DNA of 42,852 bases from an uncultured Planctomycetaceae bacterium (GCA_963976765.1 CAXBME010000003.1:434001-476852); one strand, 5' to 3'; shown: positions 22,367 through 31,575, numbered from the stretch's first letter. Notes: generated by a model not told the origin, from the letters alone. Numbers and translations are program-made.

Positions 22367-22667
22367 GGGCAAGTGCTCCGGAAAGAGAAGGCATGACGTC
22401 AGAAGGCAAAAGGCTGAAATCCGAGCGGGCAACGGCTCAAGTCAGCCTCGAATCGAACCGGAGTATAGCCACAGACATCTGCGTGAACACTTGCGGGACT
22501 CGACGTGTCGCACAAATCTGCCCGGCCATTGGCCAGGAAATGCGGAATTTACTCAGCTCACTCGAAACAAAGTCCGATGAATCCGACGCTTTCAAGGATT
22601 TCACGGGCTGCTAGACTTCGCCCGATCCCACCCGGGAAACCATCTTTGCAAAACAGGGTTCACCCAC

Positions 22668-23903
22668 ATGCGCAGCGAATCAGAAGTTCCGTTCGAAGAT
22701 CAGCCGTTTTCCATCCCGGTTGCAGACCGCGTCAAACGCCTGCCGCCGTACATGTTCGGCAAAATCAATAAGCTCAAGTACGACAAGCGTGTCGCCGGAA
22801 TCGACGTGATCGATCTCGGAATGGGAAACCCGACCGACGCGCCCGACCCGTCGATCAGCGAGAAACTTGCCGAAGCGATCGCCGACCCCAGGAACCATCG
22901 CTACTCCGTGTCGAACGGGATCGGCAATCTGCGGAAGGAAGTCGCCGCCCGATACTTGCGGAAGTACGACGTCACGCTCGACCCGAACAGCGAAATTATC
23001 GCCTGTCTGGGATCGAAAGAAGGTTTCAGCCACCTCTGTCTCGCGCTGATGGGGCCTGGCGATACGGCCATCGTGCCGGCTCCCAGCTTCCCGATCCACG
23101 TTTACGCCGTCGTGCTGGCCGCCGGAAATGTCATCAGTCTGGACTGTCGGGATCCGCAGCAGTTTCTCGAACGGATTGCCTACACCTGCGAGCATCTCTT
23201 TCCAGCTCCCAAGCTGGTCATCGTCAACTACCCGCACAATCCGTCGACGACGTGCGTCGAGCAGGAGTTCTACGCCGAGCTTGTTGTCCTCGCCAAAAAA
23301 TACAACTTTATGGTGATCAGCGATTTCGCTTACGCGGACATCTGTTTCGATGGTTACAAAGCTCCGAGCTTTCTAACGACACCCGGCGCAAAAGAAGTCG
23401 GCGTTGAGTTCACGACAATGAGCAAAGGCTACAGCATGGCCGGCTGGCGAATCGGTTTCTGCGCTGGCAATCCTGACATGGTCCGCGCCCTGGCCACCAT
23501 CAAGGGTTACTACGACTACGGAATTTTCCAGGCAGCTCAGATCGCCGCCATCGTCGCCATGCGACACTGCGATGACGCCGTCGAAGCCGTCGCTGCTGAA
23601 TATGAAACGCGACGTGACGTACTGTGCGAAGGTCTTCAGCGACTCGGATGGGAAATCGATCCACCGAAAGCCACGATGTTTGTCTGGGCAAAGATTCCGG
23701 AACCGTGGCGCGAAATGGGTTCAATCAATTTCGCGATGAAGCTGATCGAAGAAGCCGGTGTCGCAGTCAGCCCAGGCGGCGGCTTCGGTCAGGACGGGGA
23801 AGGTTACCTGCGGCTGGCGATTGTCGAGAATGTTCACCGGCTGCGGCAGGCGGTCCGTCAGATTGGCCGTTGCCTCAAACAAGGTCCGGACAGCGGCGAA
23901 TAG
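22668..23903 (+). CDS. alaC: Class I/II PLP aminotransferase, AlaC-like glutamate-pyruvate aminotransferase
   Basis: [60 protein letters not shown] and IKGYYDYG all match the AlaC subgroup as I recall it. Substrate could differ (DapL-like relatives exist). Confidence 0.75.
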   Translation: MRSESEVPFEDQPFSIPVADRVKRLPPYMFGKINKLKYDKRVAGIDVIDLGMGNPTDAPDPSISEKLAEAIADPRNHRYSVSNGIGNLRKEVAARYLRKYDVTLDPNSEIIACLGSKEGFSHLCLALMGPGDTAIVPAPSFPIHVYAVVLAAGNVISLDCRDPQQFLERIAYTCEHLFPAPKLVIVNYPHNPSTTCVEQEFYAELVVLAKKYNFMVISDFAYADICFDGYKAPSFLTTPGAKEVGVEFTTMSKGYSMAGWRIGFCAGNPDMVRALATIKGYYDYGIFQAAQIAAIVAMRHCDDAVEAVAAEYETRRDVLCEGLQRLGWEIDPPKATMFVWAKIPEPWREMGSINFAMKLIEEAGVAVSPGGGFGQDGEGYLRLAIVENVHRLRQAVRQIGRCLKQGPDSGE

Positions 23904-23929
23904 TCGTTCCTGCGGTCACCGGCTCTGGC

Positions 23930-24022
23930 GTGTGCCACTGGCTCTGACAGTTTTCTTTGAAGTCGGTGTGGGGCGGCAATTCCGCACTGGCAAAGCCAGT
24001 GCCGCACTTTTTCAACGGACTG
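23930..24022. repeat. REP/MITE-like palindromic element, copy 1
   Basis: GTGTGCCACTGGCTCTGACAGT ... GCACTGGCAAAGCCAGTGCCGCAC form imperfect inverted arms, each itself near-palindromic, followed by TTTTTCAACGGACTG. Intergenic. Confidence 0.75.
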
Positions 24023-24097
24023 ATCAACTCAATTAAGTATCGAATCAACCGAGACTGTGGCTGCCCCTGCCCTGCTCCACTCTGGCGGAGTCGTAAG

Positions 24098-24775
24098 ATG
24101 AATTCTGAATTCGACGACTCGCCGCAAGGAACCGTCACCCGTCTGATTCAGAATCTGAAGGACGGCGAGTCTCAGGCGGCTCAACGACTGTGGGAACTTT
24201 ACTTTCGCCGCATGGTCGGAATGGCTCGCGAGAAGTTGCAGGGCACGCCGAAGCGCATGGCCGACGAAGAAGACGTCGCCCTGAGCGCGTTTCACAGCTT
24301 CTGCCAGGGAGCTGAGGGCGGACGGTTCACTCAACTGGTCGATCGGGAAAATCTGTGGCCGCTGCTGGTTTCGATCACCGCTCATAAAGCCGTCGACCTG
24401 ATCCGCTACCACAATCGCCAGAAACGTGGCGGGACGGGTCGCGTCCCAACGGACAGTTCCATCGTTGATGGCGTCGCGAAAGATGGTTCACAGTCCGACG
24501 CCGGCAAACCTCGGTCTGGCTCCGCGACGATCGAGTTCAAAGCAATCATCAGCAAAGAACCGACTCCTGAGTTTGCCGCGCAGATCGCTGACGAATTCCA
24601 GTCGCTCCTGTCGCGTCTTGATGACGAGACGCTTCAGTCGGTCGCTCTGTGGAAGCTCGAAGGTTTTACGAACGAAGAAATTGCCGAGAAACTCGACTGC
24701 GTACCACGAACCGTCGAACGTAAACTTCAGCTCATCCGAACACTCTGGCAGCGCAGCGTCGACGTTTCGGAATAG
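24098..24775 (+). CDS. ECF-type sigma-70 factor (planctomycete Sigma70_ECF type)
   Basis: GGAG RBS before ATG 24098; VTRLI..LKDG...AAQRLWELYF, DEEDVALSAF.SF, RQKRGG, and sigma-4 EGFTNEEIAEKL.C.PRTVERKLQLIR. The longer ORF from 23957 runs through the repeat element. Confidence 0.9.
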   Translation: MNSEFDDSPQGTVTRLIQNLKDGESQAAQRLWELYFRRMVGMAREKLQGTPKRMADEEDVALSAFHSFCQGAEGGRFTQLVDRENLWPLLVSITAHKAVDLIRYHNRQKRGGTGRVPTDSSIVDGVAKDGSQSDAGKPRSGSATIEFKAIISKEPTPEFAAQIADEFQSLLSRLDDETLQSVALWKLEGFTNEEIAEKLDCVPRTVERKLQLIRTLWQRSVDVSE

Positions 24776-24802
24776 CCGTTTTCAGAATCAGATCATCCCA
24801 TT

Positions 24803-25573
24803 ATGACCACACCTCGCGTTCTCTATTGCGGTGATACTTCGCTGGATGGTGCGGCTGCGTATCTGGCCGGGTTGATGACGAGCTGGCGCTGGAATTTCAC
24901 TTATGTGCCCAGCGATCGGAAGCTCGACGACTCTGACGTCCCGGAAGATTGCAGCCTGTTTGTTCTCAGCGATTATCCCGCCGAGCGTATCGACTCCGCA
25001 TTGCAGGCTCAGATTGTCGGACGGGTCCATAACGGAGCTGGACTGTTGATGATCGGCGGCTGGGAATCGTTTCATGGCCTCGGCGGAAACTGGGACGGCA
25101 CTCCGATCGCTGAAGCACTGCCTGTCGAAATTGCCGACACCGACGATCGCCGAAACTGCGACCAGCCGGTGTTTGCACGCCCGACAAACACATCTCACCC
25201 GATCACTGACGGGCTTCCGTGGTCCGAGCGTCCGCCGCTGATCGGAGGCTTCAACGAGTTCTCTCCGAAGCCAGGCAGTCAGGTACTCCTTCAGTCGGTG
25301 CGTTTCGAAGCAAGCTTCAAAGGAGAAGCTCCGAACCTCGAACCATCATCGTCGGCTCCCTTACTGGTCACTGGCTCCCACGGCTCCGGTCGAACATCCG
25401 CACTGGCAACGGACGTCGCCCCACACTGGATCGGCCCGATGGTTGACTGGGGCACCGAACGGATGACAGCAAGTGCCAACGGTGCCGGAGAAATCGAAGT
25501 GGGAAATCTGTACGCTTCCTTCTTCAAGTCTCTTTTGTCGTGGACGAGCCAGTCAAACAACGATGAGCACTGA
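24803..25573 (+). CDS. Glutamine amidotransferase-like (GATase1-like/DUF1355-type) cytoplasmic protein
   Basis: VLSDYP, GAGLLMIGGWESF, LPV, HPITDGL, PLLV.G..G.GR..ALATDVAPHW. No catalytic Cys elbow seen. Confidence 0.75.
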   Translation: MTTPRVLYCGDTSLDGAAAYLAGLMTSWRWNFTYVPSDRKLDDSDVPEDCSLFVLSDYPAERIDSALQAQIVGRVHNGAGLLMIGGWESFHGLGGNWDGTPIAEALPVEIADTDDRRNCDQPVFARPTNTSHPITDGLPWSERPPLIGGFNEFSPKPGSQVLLQSVRFEASFKGEAPNLEPSSSAPLLVTGSHGSGRTSALATDVAPHWIGPMVDWGTERMTASANGAGEIEVGNLYASFFKSLLSWTSQSNNDEH

Positions 25574-26675
25574 TTCTTCAACTGTCATTCTGGTCGCCGG
25601 GCCTTTGCAGGTTCGTGGCACGACGTCGTACACACTGCGACTGGCAGAGCAGCTGCCGAACTACGGCTACTCCCCCGTCATTATCTCACCGGACATCGCG
25701 TCACTGCCGGAAGAGACGCGTCCCGGGTGCCCCATCTACGAACACATGCTGCTGTCTTCGCCGCTGTTTCGCCCGATGATCAGCGGGCTCGTCGCTCAGG
25801 ACGCAGCCGCTCACAAACCCAGCCTGATCCACATTCAGTCGCGACACGCATTGCCGTTCGGGCTCGCGCTGGCCAAACGTCTGAATCTTCCGTTCATCCT
25901 GACGGTTCATGACCACGACACGACGCTGTATCGCACCATCTCGTTTGACCAGTCGATGCTCAAAAGGCTGATCGCCGTCAGCTCGTCAGTCAAAGACAGC
26001 CTGATTTCCGGGCATTCGATTAACGAGGATCTCATCACGGTGATTCACAGCGGCGTCACCATTCCTGATCTGGTTGATAATTCCGAAGTGCTCGGCGGCC
26101 AGCGAATTCCGGTTATTGGCACGGCGGGGAGGCTCGAAGAATCCAAAGGATTTCCGTATTTCATCGAAGCTGCTCGCCAGGTACTCGACGCAGGAATCGA
26201 TGTCGAATTTCTGATCGCTGGCAACGGCCCCGACGAACGAAAGCTGCGAGCACTCGCACGACAATACAAACTCACCAAACATCTGACCTTTATCACTAAC
26301 CTGCCGGACTTTCCGTCAGCTATCAGGGCGATGGATATCTTCTGCCTGCCGTCATTAATGCAGGGACTGGGCACGGTGATGCTTGAAGCGATGGCGCTCG
26401 GTCGCCCTGTCATCGCTACCGGAGTCGGGGGAATCATGTCGATCGTTCGAGACGACGAGACCGGCCTGGTCGTTCCAGCCGCCGACAGCGACGCTCTGGC
26501 TCAACGAATGCTTGAACTGATTAACGACCCGATCCGCGCACGAGCCATGGGTAGCGCCGCCCGCCAGAAAGTTATCGAGTCGTTCGACGCCACACAGATG
26601 GTCGAACTGACGGCCAACGAGTACCAGGCCGCAATCACCGGTGAAGCACAGGCTGCACCAACCGCCTCTGGTTAG
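25563..26675 (+). CDS. Glycosyltransferase family 4 (GT-B)
   Basis: LTVH, IAVSSSV, VIHSGV, GRL...KG, DIFCLPS..QGLG..MLEAMALGRPVIAT.VGG, TGLVVP. ATG overlaps the 3' end of the previous gene. Confidence 0.9.
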   Translation: MSTDSSTVILVAGPLQVRGTTSYTLRLAEQLPNYGYSPVIISPDIASLPEETRPGCPIYEHMLLSSPLFRPMISGLVAQDAAAHKPSLIHIQSRHALPFGLALAKRLNLPFILTVHDHDTTLYRTISFDQSMLKRLIAVSSSVKDSLISGHSINEDLITVIHSGVTIPDLVDNSEVLGGQRIPVIGTAGRLEESKGFPYFIEAARQVLDAGIDVEFLIAGNGPDERKLRALARQYKLTKHLTFITNLPDFPSAIRAMDIFCLPSLMQGLGTVMLEAMALGRPVIATGVGGIMSIVRDDETGLVVPAADSDALAQRMLELINDPIRARAMGSAARQKVIESFDATQMVELTANEYQAAITGEAQAAPTASG

Positions 26676-26762
26676 CAGCTCGTTGAAAACGTGCGACACT
26701 TTCTCTGCCAGGGCAACCGCCGACCGCAAGAACTCCAAAGCTGGCAGAAATCAGTGGCACAC
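26676..26762. repeat. REP/MITE-like palindromic element, copy 2 (inverted relative to copy 1)
   Basis: Reverse complement reads GTGTGCCACTGATTTCTGCCAGCTTT ... GCCCTGGCAGAGAAAGTGTCGCACGTTTTCAACGAGCTG, which aligns at both arms and the tail with 23930-24022. Confidence 0.7.
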
Positions 26763-26894
26763 GCCGAACCGGCAAACCATTCGTCTCTGAAAGGCTGCCG
26801 GGGTGTCGCCAGCCGCGTGCTGGAAGACTCTGTCTGACGGACTATGATCCACAGCTCGCCAGCTACTGCATGAACCGCCTCACGGAGAATTCAA

Positions 26895-27677
26895 GTGTCG
26901 GACGTCCTTTCCGAAATCTGCCAGACTAAGCGAACTGAAATCGCCACTGCGAAAAACAGGATCTCGGAAACGGAACTGAAGGCTCGACTGACAGACGTCG
27001 CCCCGCCTCGCGATTTCCTGGCAGCCCTGAAGGCGAAATCGGGAGTCGGTCTGATCGCCGAAGTAAAGAAGGCGTCTCCCTCAGCCGGGTTGATCCGCGA
27101 AGACTTTGATCCTGTCGAGATCGCCAGAACCTACGAGTCCGCCGGCGCCGCGTGCATCAGCTGCCTCACGGACGAGCCTTACTTCAAAGGCAAACTGGAA
27201 TACCTGACCGCCATCCGGAGTGCCGTCTCGATCCCGGTCATGAGAAAAGATTTCATCCTGGACCGCTACCAGGTCACTGAAGCCAGAGCAGCCGGCGCAG
27301 ACTGCATCCTGCTGATTGCCGAATGCCTCGACGACTGCACCATGCGGGATCTCTATTTCTACGCTTCGGAACTCGGCATGGAATGCCTCGTCGAAGTCTA
27401 CGATCCCGAGAATCTCGATCGAGTCCTCAAGCTGGAAGCTCCGCTGATCGGTATCAACAATCGCAACCTCAAAACATTCGTCACTGACCTGAAACACTCG
27501 ACCGACCTCGCCGTGCGAGTCCCCGACGACGTTTACCTGGTCAGCGAGAGCGGAATCCGACAACGATCGGACGTCGAGCATCTTCTTCAGTTCGGAGTTC
27601 GAGGCATTCTGGTCGGCGAGACTCTCATGCGGCAGCAAGACATCGCCGCGAAAGCCCGGGAATTACTCGGAACATGA
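26895..27677 (+). CDS. trpC: Indole-3-glycerol phosphate synthase
   Basis: LIAEVKKASPS.G.IR.DFDP, ISCLTD..YF.G, MRKDFI, GADCILLI, IGINNRNL.TF, VSESGI, LVGETLMR. GGAG RBS and GTG start. Confidence 0.97.
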   Translation: MSDVLSEICQTKRTEIATAKNRISETELKARLTDVAPPRDFLAALKAKSGVGLIAEVKKASPSAGLIREDFDPVEIARTYESAGAACISCLTDEPYFKGKLEYLTAIRSAVSIPVMRKDFILDRYQVTEARAAGADCILLIAECLDDCTMRDLYFYASELGMECLVEVYDPENLDRVLKLEAPLIGINNRNLKTFVTDLKHSTDLAVRVPDDVYLVSESGIRQRSDVEHLLQFGVRGILVGETLMRQQDIAAKARELLGT

Positions 27678-27768
27678 GCTCGACCAGATTGATCACCCGA
27701 AAATCACTCAACGAGGGCCACCATGACAGTGAAACAACCAACCAGTCGAAGCCTGCAAAGAGTCCATC

Positions 27769-28803
27769 ATGAAAGCCGTCATTTTTGAGTCAACCGGGGC
27801 TCCGGAATCCGTACTGACCGTCAAAGATGTTTCCGAGCCTGATCCGAAACACGGGCAGGTCAAAGTTCGAATGCTGTGCTGCCCGATTAACCCGTCGGAT
27901 CTAATGTTCGTCCGCGGCCAGTACACGCTGAGTGCCGACTGTCCGGCGACTCCTGGTTTCGAAGGTGTGGGCATTGTTGAATCGGTGGGTGGCGGACTGC
28001 GGGCAAAGATGATGCTTGGCAAACGCGTCGCCGTACTTTCTCGCCGCGGAGGCAACTGGGCCGAGAAAAACATCGTCCCCGCGTCGCAGGTGATCCCTTT
28101 TTCGAATCTCCTGACCGGACGCCTGAATCGGGAACAGCAGGCAACATTCTTCGTGAACCCGGTCACTGCGTTCGTCATGTGCCGGGAAGTTCTTCGAGTT
28201 CCCCCCGGAGAATGGCTGCTGCAAACGGCTGCCGGATCAGTGCTCGGCCACATGATCATACGCCTGGGGAAACGGTTCGGCTTCAAGACACTCTGTGTCG
28301 TCCGTCGGGAAGCTCAGGTCACCGAACTTAAAGCCGCCGGTGCCAATGCCGTGATCTGGTTCGACCCGGACCAGCACTCGCTCGACCAGTTTCGAGCCGC
28401 CGTCGCCGCAGCAACCGGCGCCTCGACCGACCAAAGCGTCGTTCATTCCGCCATCGACTGCGTCGGTGGCGAGACAGGTTCAGCCGTCATCACCGTTCTG
28501 GGAAAACGAGCAAGCATGCTTGCCTACGGGACGCTGTCCGGAGAACCGTTAACCGTCCCGTCCCGCGCACTGATGACGCCTGGAGCCTCGATCTCCGGAT
28601 TCTGGCTCGGTAACTATATGGAAACATTGAAACTGCCGGCAAAGCTGAAGCTCGTCCGAACCGTTTCCGGTTTAATTCGCGACGGCGTACTCGCCAGCGA
28701 GATCGGTGAGAGCTTCCAGCTGGATGACGTTGTCTCCGCCGTTCGCACCGCTGAAGCTTCCGGTCGAGGGGGAAAGATTCTCCTGAATATCGCCGCCGAA
28801 TGA
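27769..28803 (+). CDS. MDR-superfamily NAD(P)H oxidoreductase, trans-2-enoyl-thioester reductase (ETR/MECR)-like
   Basis: PINPSDL...G.Y, PGFEGVG.V, NPVTA, LQTAAGS.LG, IDCVGG, YG.LSG, GKILL. Lacks the structural-Zn cysteine cluster. Confidence 0.85.
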   Translation: MKAVIFESTGAPESVLTVKDVSEPDPKHGQVKVRMLCCPINPSDLMFVRGQYTLSADCPATPGFEGVGIVESVGGGLRAKMMLGKRVAVLSRRGGNWAEKNIVPASQVIPFSNLLTGRLNREQQATFFVNPVTAFVMCREVLRVPPGEWLLQTAAGSVLGHMIIRLGKRFGFKTLCVVRREAQVTELKAAGANAVIWFDPDQHSLDQFRAAVAAATGASTDQSVVHSAIDCVGGETGSAVITVLGKRASMLAYGTLSGEPLTVPSRALMTPGASISGFWLGNYMETLKLPAKLKLVRTVSGLIRDGVLASEIGESFQLDDVVSAVRTAEASGRGGKILLNIAAE

Positions 28804-28834
28804 CCTCACACCGCGAGCGAAAGTGCAATTTCGA

Positions 28835-29572
28835 TCAGATTCCCGGTTTCGCCGGTAACAATTCGCCGGATAGCCCCCAGTACGCAGGTACCGGCGACTC
28901 GATGATCAACTCCTGATACCGAATCGGGTGCAGCAGGCTGAGCGAACGAGCATGCAGGGCGATTCTGAGATCAGACGTCGGCTGGCGGACTTCTTCAATC
29001 GCGTGATCAGCAGCTGGCCATTCGCCACCTCCGTATTTCGAGTCTCCAGCAACAGGACACCCGCGCGATGCAAACTGAACTCGAATCTGGTGCATCCTTC
29101 CCGTCAGAAGCAGGACTTCGACGAGCCATCTCCCTTCAAATTCGCACAGCACCCGATACTCCAGCCGAGCCTCCTTTGCCTTGGGCGTCCCCTCACTGAC
29201 CACTTCCGAAATGGCCTGATCCGGAACCTTCAACAACCAGTCAACAAACAGTCCTGAATCCTCGTCCGGACGCTTCTCAAGCAACGCCCAGTACGTTTTT
29301 GAAACCTGCCGCTTCTCGAACTGCTCGGCGACGCGCGCGGCAGCTTTCGAATTTCGAGTAAACACGATCGTTCCAGAAGTCGCTCGGTCCAGACGATGCG
29401 GAATCCCAAGATAGACATTTCCCGGCTTCTGATACTTTTCAGCAAGCCACGCCTTCACCAGCCCCACCATCGTCTGCTCACCCGCTGGGATTCCTTCGGT
29501 GAGAATTCCTGCTGGCTTGTTGACAGCAATCAAAGGCCCATCTTCGAGCAGAAGCCAATCAGGATCGTGCAC
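28835..29572 (-). CDS. RluA-family RNA pseudouridine synthase
   Basis: AVNKPAG, HRLDRATSG (catalytic Asp), K.YWA, TGRMHQIRVQ, P.AGD.KYG, LHA..L..HP. No S4 domain. Confidence 0.93.
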   Translation of the reverse strand: MHDPDWLLLEDGPLIAVNKPAGILTEGIPAGEQTMVGLVKAWLAEKYQKPGNVYLGIPHRLDRATSGTIVFTRNSKAAARVAEQFEKRQVSKTYWALLEKRPDEDSGLFVDWLLKVPDQAISEVVSEGTPKAKEARLEYRVLCEFEGRWLVEVLLLTGRMHQIRVQFASRGCPVAGDSKYGGGEWPAADHAIEEVRQPTSDLRIALHARSLSLLHPIRYQELIIESPVPAYWGLSGELLPAKPGI

Positions 29573-29930
29573 AGATTTCTCACTTAAGTCGTTGTTTCAA
29601 CCGATGTTTTAAGTCTGAGTCGCTGAAAATTACGGTTCCAGGTCGCCCTTCATGGACAGACGACAAAAGAACTTCACACGGCAATCTGGAATCAGACCGA
29701 CATGACTTTCCGGCCTCAGTACGGGGCTGCATCGAGCGACGGCTGAGCATTCACTCGCTGGCGTTTCACGCCTGCCTGCAATCGGAAAGTCGTTTCGAAC
29801 GAATTACCAATCCCCAACCTCGACACCGCTGCGAATTCTCAATACAGCGAACGTTCAAATGATCGAAAGGCATTCGCCCGACAAGCATCTCCGAACCGAC
29901 AACACATAAACATCAGAGCCCCGCAAAGAC

Positions 29931-29960
29931 TTGGCGCGGCGGCAGCATGACTCCTATCAT
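29931..29960 (+). promoter_or_regulatory. Candidate sigma-70 promoter of tRNA-Ser
   Basis: TTGGCG-N18-TATCAT ending 14 nt before the tRNA 5' end, followed by a GC-rich discriminator-like stretch. Confidence 0.45.
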
Positions 29961-29974
29961 CCGCACCCGCAATC

Positions 29975-30059
29975 GGAGAGGTGACAGAGTGGCCGATTGT
30001 GCCGGTCTCGAAAACCGGTGTACCGCAAGGTACCGAGGGTTCAAATCCCTCCCTCTCCG
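29975..30059 (+). tRNA. tRNA-Ser (anticodon CGA)
   Basis: Acceptor GGAGAGG/CCTCTCC with discriminator G; anticodon arm CCGGT-CT CGA AA-ACCGG; long variable arm GTACC-GCAA-GGTAC; T arm GAGGG-TTCAAAT-CCCTC. CCA is not encoded. Confidence 0.97.
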
Positions 30060-30071
30060 CTCTTACCAGAT

Positions 30072-30106
30072 AAGGACTTACGTCAATCAGACGTGAGTCC
30101 TTTTTT
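30072..30106 (+). terminator. Intrinsic terminator after tRNA-Ser
   Basis: AAGGACTTACGTC-AATCA-GACGTGAGTCCTT stem (one G-U pair) running into a T tract. Confidence 0.75.
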
Positions 30107-30312
30107 ATCGTTATACCGGCTAACAGTGCTGTGTTTGCATGGCAACTGCAACAGCCACGTAAACTCAACGAGTCCGCATATCTGCGTCATCCCAAACTCT
30201 TCCGGTCGCGGAAACCGGGTTCGTGATGGCGAAGGGCGGAAGTGGCAAGCTCTCTTTTGTCAGAATCAGAACTGAATTCAACCTCGTTACACATTCAGAA
30301 GGAAACGTGTCC

Positions 30313-30698
30313 TCATATCAGACTGTCTGAATTTCGTGTTGCCGGATCAAACAGTCTCATACCTGAAGTTACCCCGATTCCTGCTGTCTGGAGTGGCGTG
30401 ACAAGATCACGCAGCCAGTGTGAGTGTGGCTCGACATCTGCATCGAGAAAAGCGATTGCTCGTTAAGGTTGGGGATCGAATCCTGAGTCTGTGGTAATGT
30501 GCTCACTTTGAGCCTACGTTGGGAATCAGAATTTCTGAATATGTGAACGGTTACGTCGGCCTGTTGTTCAGTCGGTCGACCTTGCGAACGACAATTGAAG
30601 CTGGATCAGAAGCACTCTCGAGAACAACGTGGGTCGGGACAGTTCTGTCGGAACAGTCCATCGAGACATAATTCCAGCGTCGGATTCAGCCCTTCCAA
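30313..30698 (-). pseudogene. Glycosyltransferase family 2 (GT-A, ceramide-glucosyltransferase-like) remnant
   Basis: Manual translation across frameshifts gives LEGLNPTLELCLDGLFRQNCPD / HVVLESASDPA / RLKVSTL / AIAFLDADVEPHSHWLRDLVTPLQTAGIGVTSGMR, with the DxD motif within ~30433-30459. Several frameshifts; C-terminal half not recognisable. Confidence 0.7.
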
Positions 30699-30729
30699 TC
30701 TCCAAATGGTTGTGTGACGACTCAGTTAC

Positions 30730-31529
30730 TCATAAATGGCCTTTGTCGCCGACGACCAGCAAACGCTCAATCTCGTTCGTCTTGAACTCGATTGCCATTG
30801 GATGCCTGATTCCAGACTTAGAGTTCAGTCACCAGCGATCTGTCTCTTTGTGCCCTACGAGCAACTGCTCCGGTTTTCATGTTGATGATCTGCAACCCAC
30901 ACTGTGGATCGGCATGTTTTTCGGTCAGTCGATCGTCCAGCGGCAATCCGTGGAGCGTGACATACCGAGGCATTAAAAGAGTCACGATGGCGTAGTCTCC
31001 CGGGACAAGACCGCTGAGAAACGCCGGTCTTGACAAAGGTGTGAAACTGGCGTCGTCGCTGGTCGTCGTCAGGCATCCGAGTACCGTCGAAACAAAGATG
31101 CCCCGGCCATTTGCAGCGACGGCTACGTCATGTACGTCCCGATCGCTGGCCGTATAGCCAACCCGCAGAATATAGGCGGCGGCGTACCCTCGTGTGGTCC
31201 ATTCCCGAGCCACGTTGGCATCACCATCTACGGGAGTGTCAGCCGCTGGCTGATACGGGACAACCGCGGTCCCTGTCTGCCAGAATTTCCAGAGCTGGTA
31301 CCTGGAACTCAGCCAGGGCGTTCGCTTGTCCGGCGAAGCCCACAGTCCGATGCGGTAATTAAATGTCCTCTCGAAAATTGCGAGGACATGGTTGGTCTTT
31401 CAACCGATAAAAAACAGCTTCTCGGTCTGGTAGGAAGAAAAGGCCAGACTGACATTCAACTCGGTCAGCTCTTCCAGAAAATGTCGTGAGTCTTGAACCA
31501 TGCATTCATGGATCAGTTGGGGTCTGCAT
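30730..31529 (-). pseudogene. TIGR03032 / DUF4915 family pseudogene
   Basis: SRHFLEEL..LNVSLAFSSYQTEKLFFIG*...IFERTFN...SSRYQLWKF; GY...Y..RVGYT..D.DVHDVAV; CL.T.S...SF.PL.RP fused directly to FLSGL..GDYAIV.L..PR; CGLQIINMKTG; GIRHPMAIEFKTNEI. In-frame TGA at 31400-31402, a second stop/frameshift near 30818, and a large internal deletion. Confidence 0.8.
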
Positions 31530-31575
31530 GATCGCTCAGAACCTTATCATCAGGTCGTTCAGCTGAGTTATGGTT

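Noticed and set aside
23957..24097. 47-aa N-terminal extension of the ECF sigma factor in the ORF track
   Set aside because: Runs through the palindromic repeat; ATG 24098 has a GGAG RBS and matches the family N terminus. Similar over-extensions at 6080, 22432 and 25473 were also trimmed.
26895..27677. trpC outside a trp operon
   Set aside because: Dispersed biosynthetic genes are ordinary in Planctomycetes; no attenuator leader seen.
29573..29930. Long intergenic region as an ncRNA or riboswitch (also 19193-19484)
   Set aside because: No recognisable conserved RNA motif or strong structure by eye; an Rfam/Infernal scan would be needed.
29839..30275. ORFs 29839-30168 (-) and 29997-30275 (+)
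   Set aside because: They overlap the tRNA-Ser gene and its terminator.
31400..31402. In-frame TGA as selenocysteine or readthrough
   Set aside because: The same gene has a large deletion and a second lesion, and I saw no SECIS-like hairpin; simple decay is more likely.
31130..31489. 119-aa + strand ORF (and 30629-30976) as small novel or toxin-antitoxin genes
   Set aside because: They are antisense to the TIGR03032 and GT2 remnants, which explain the sequence better.
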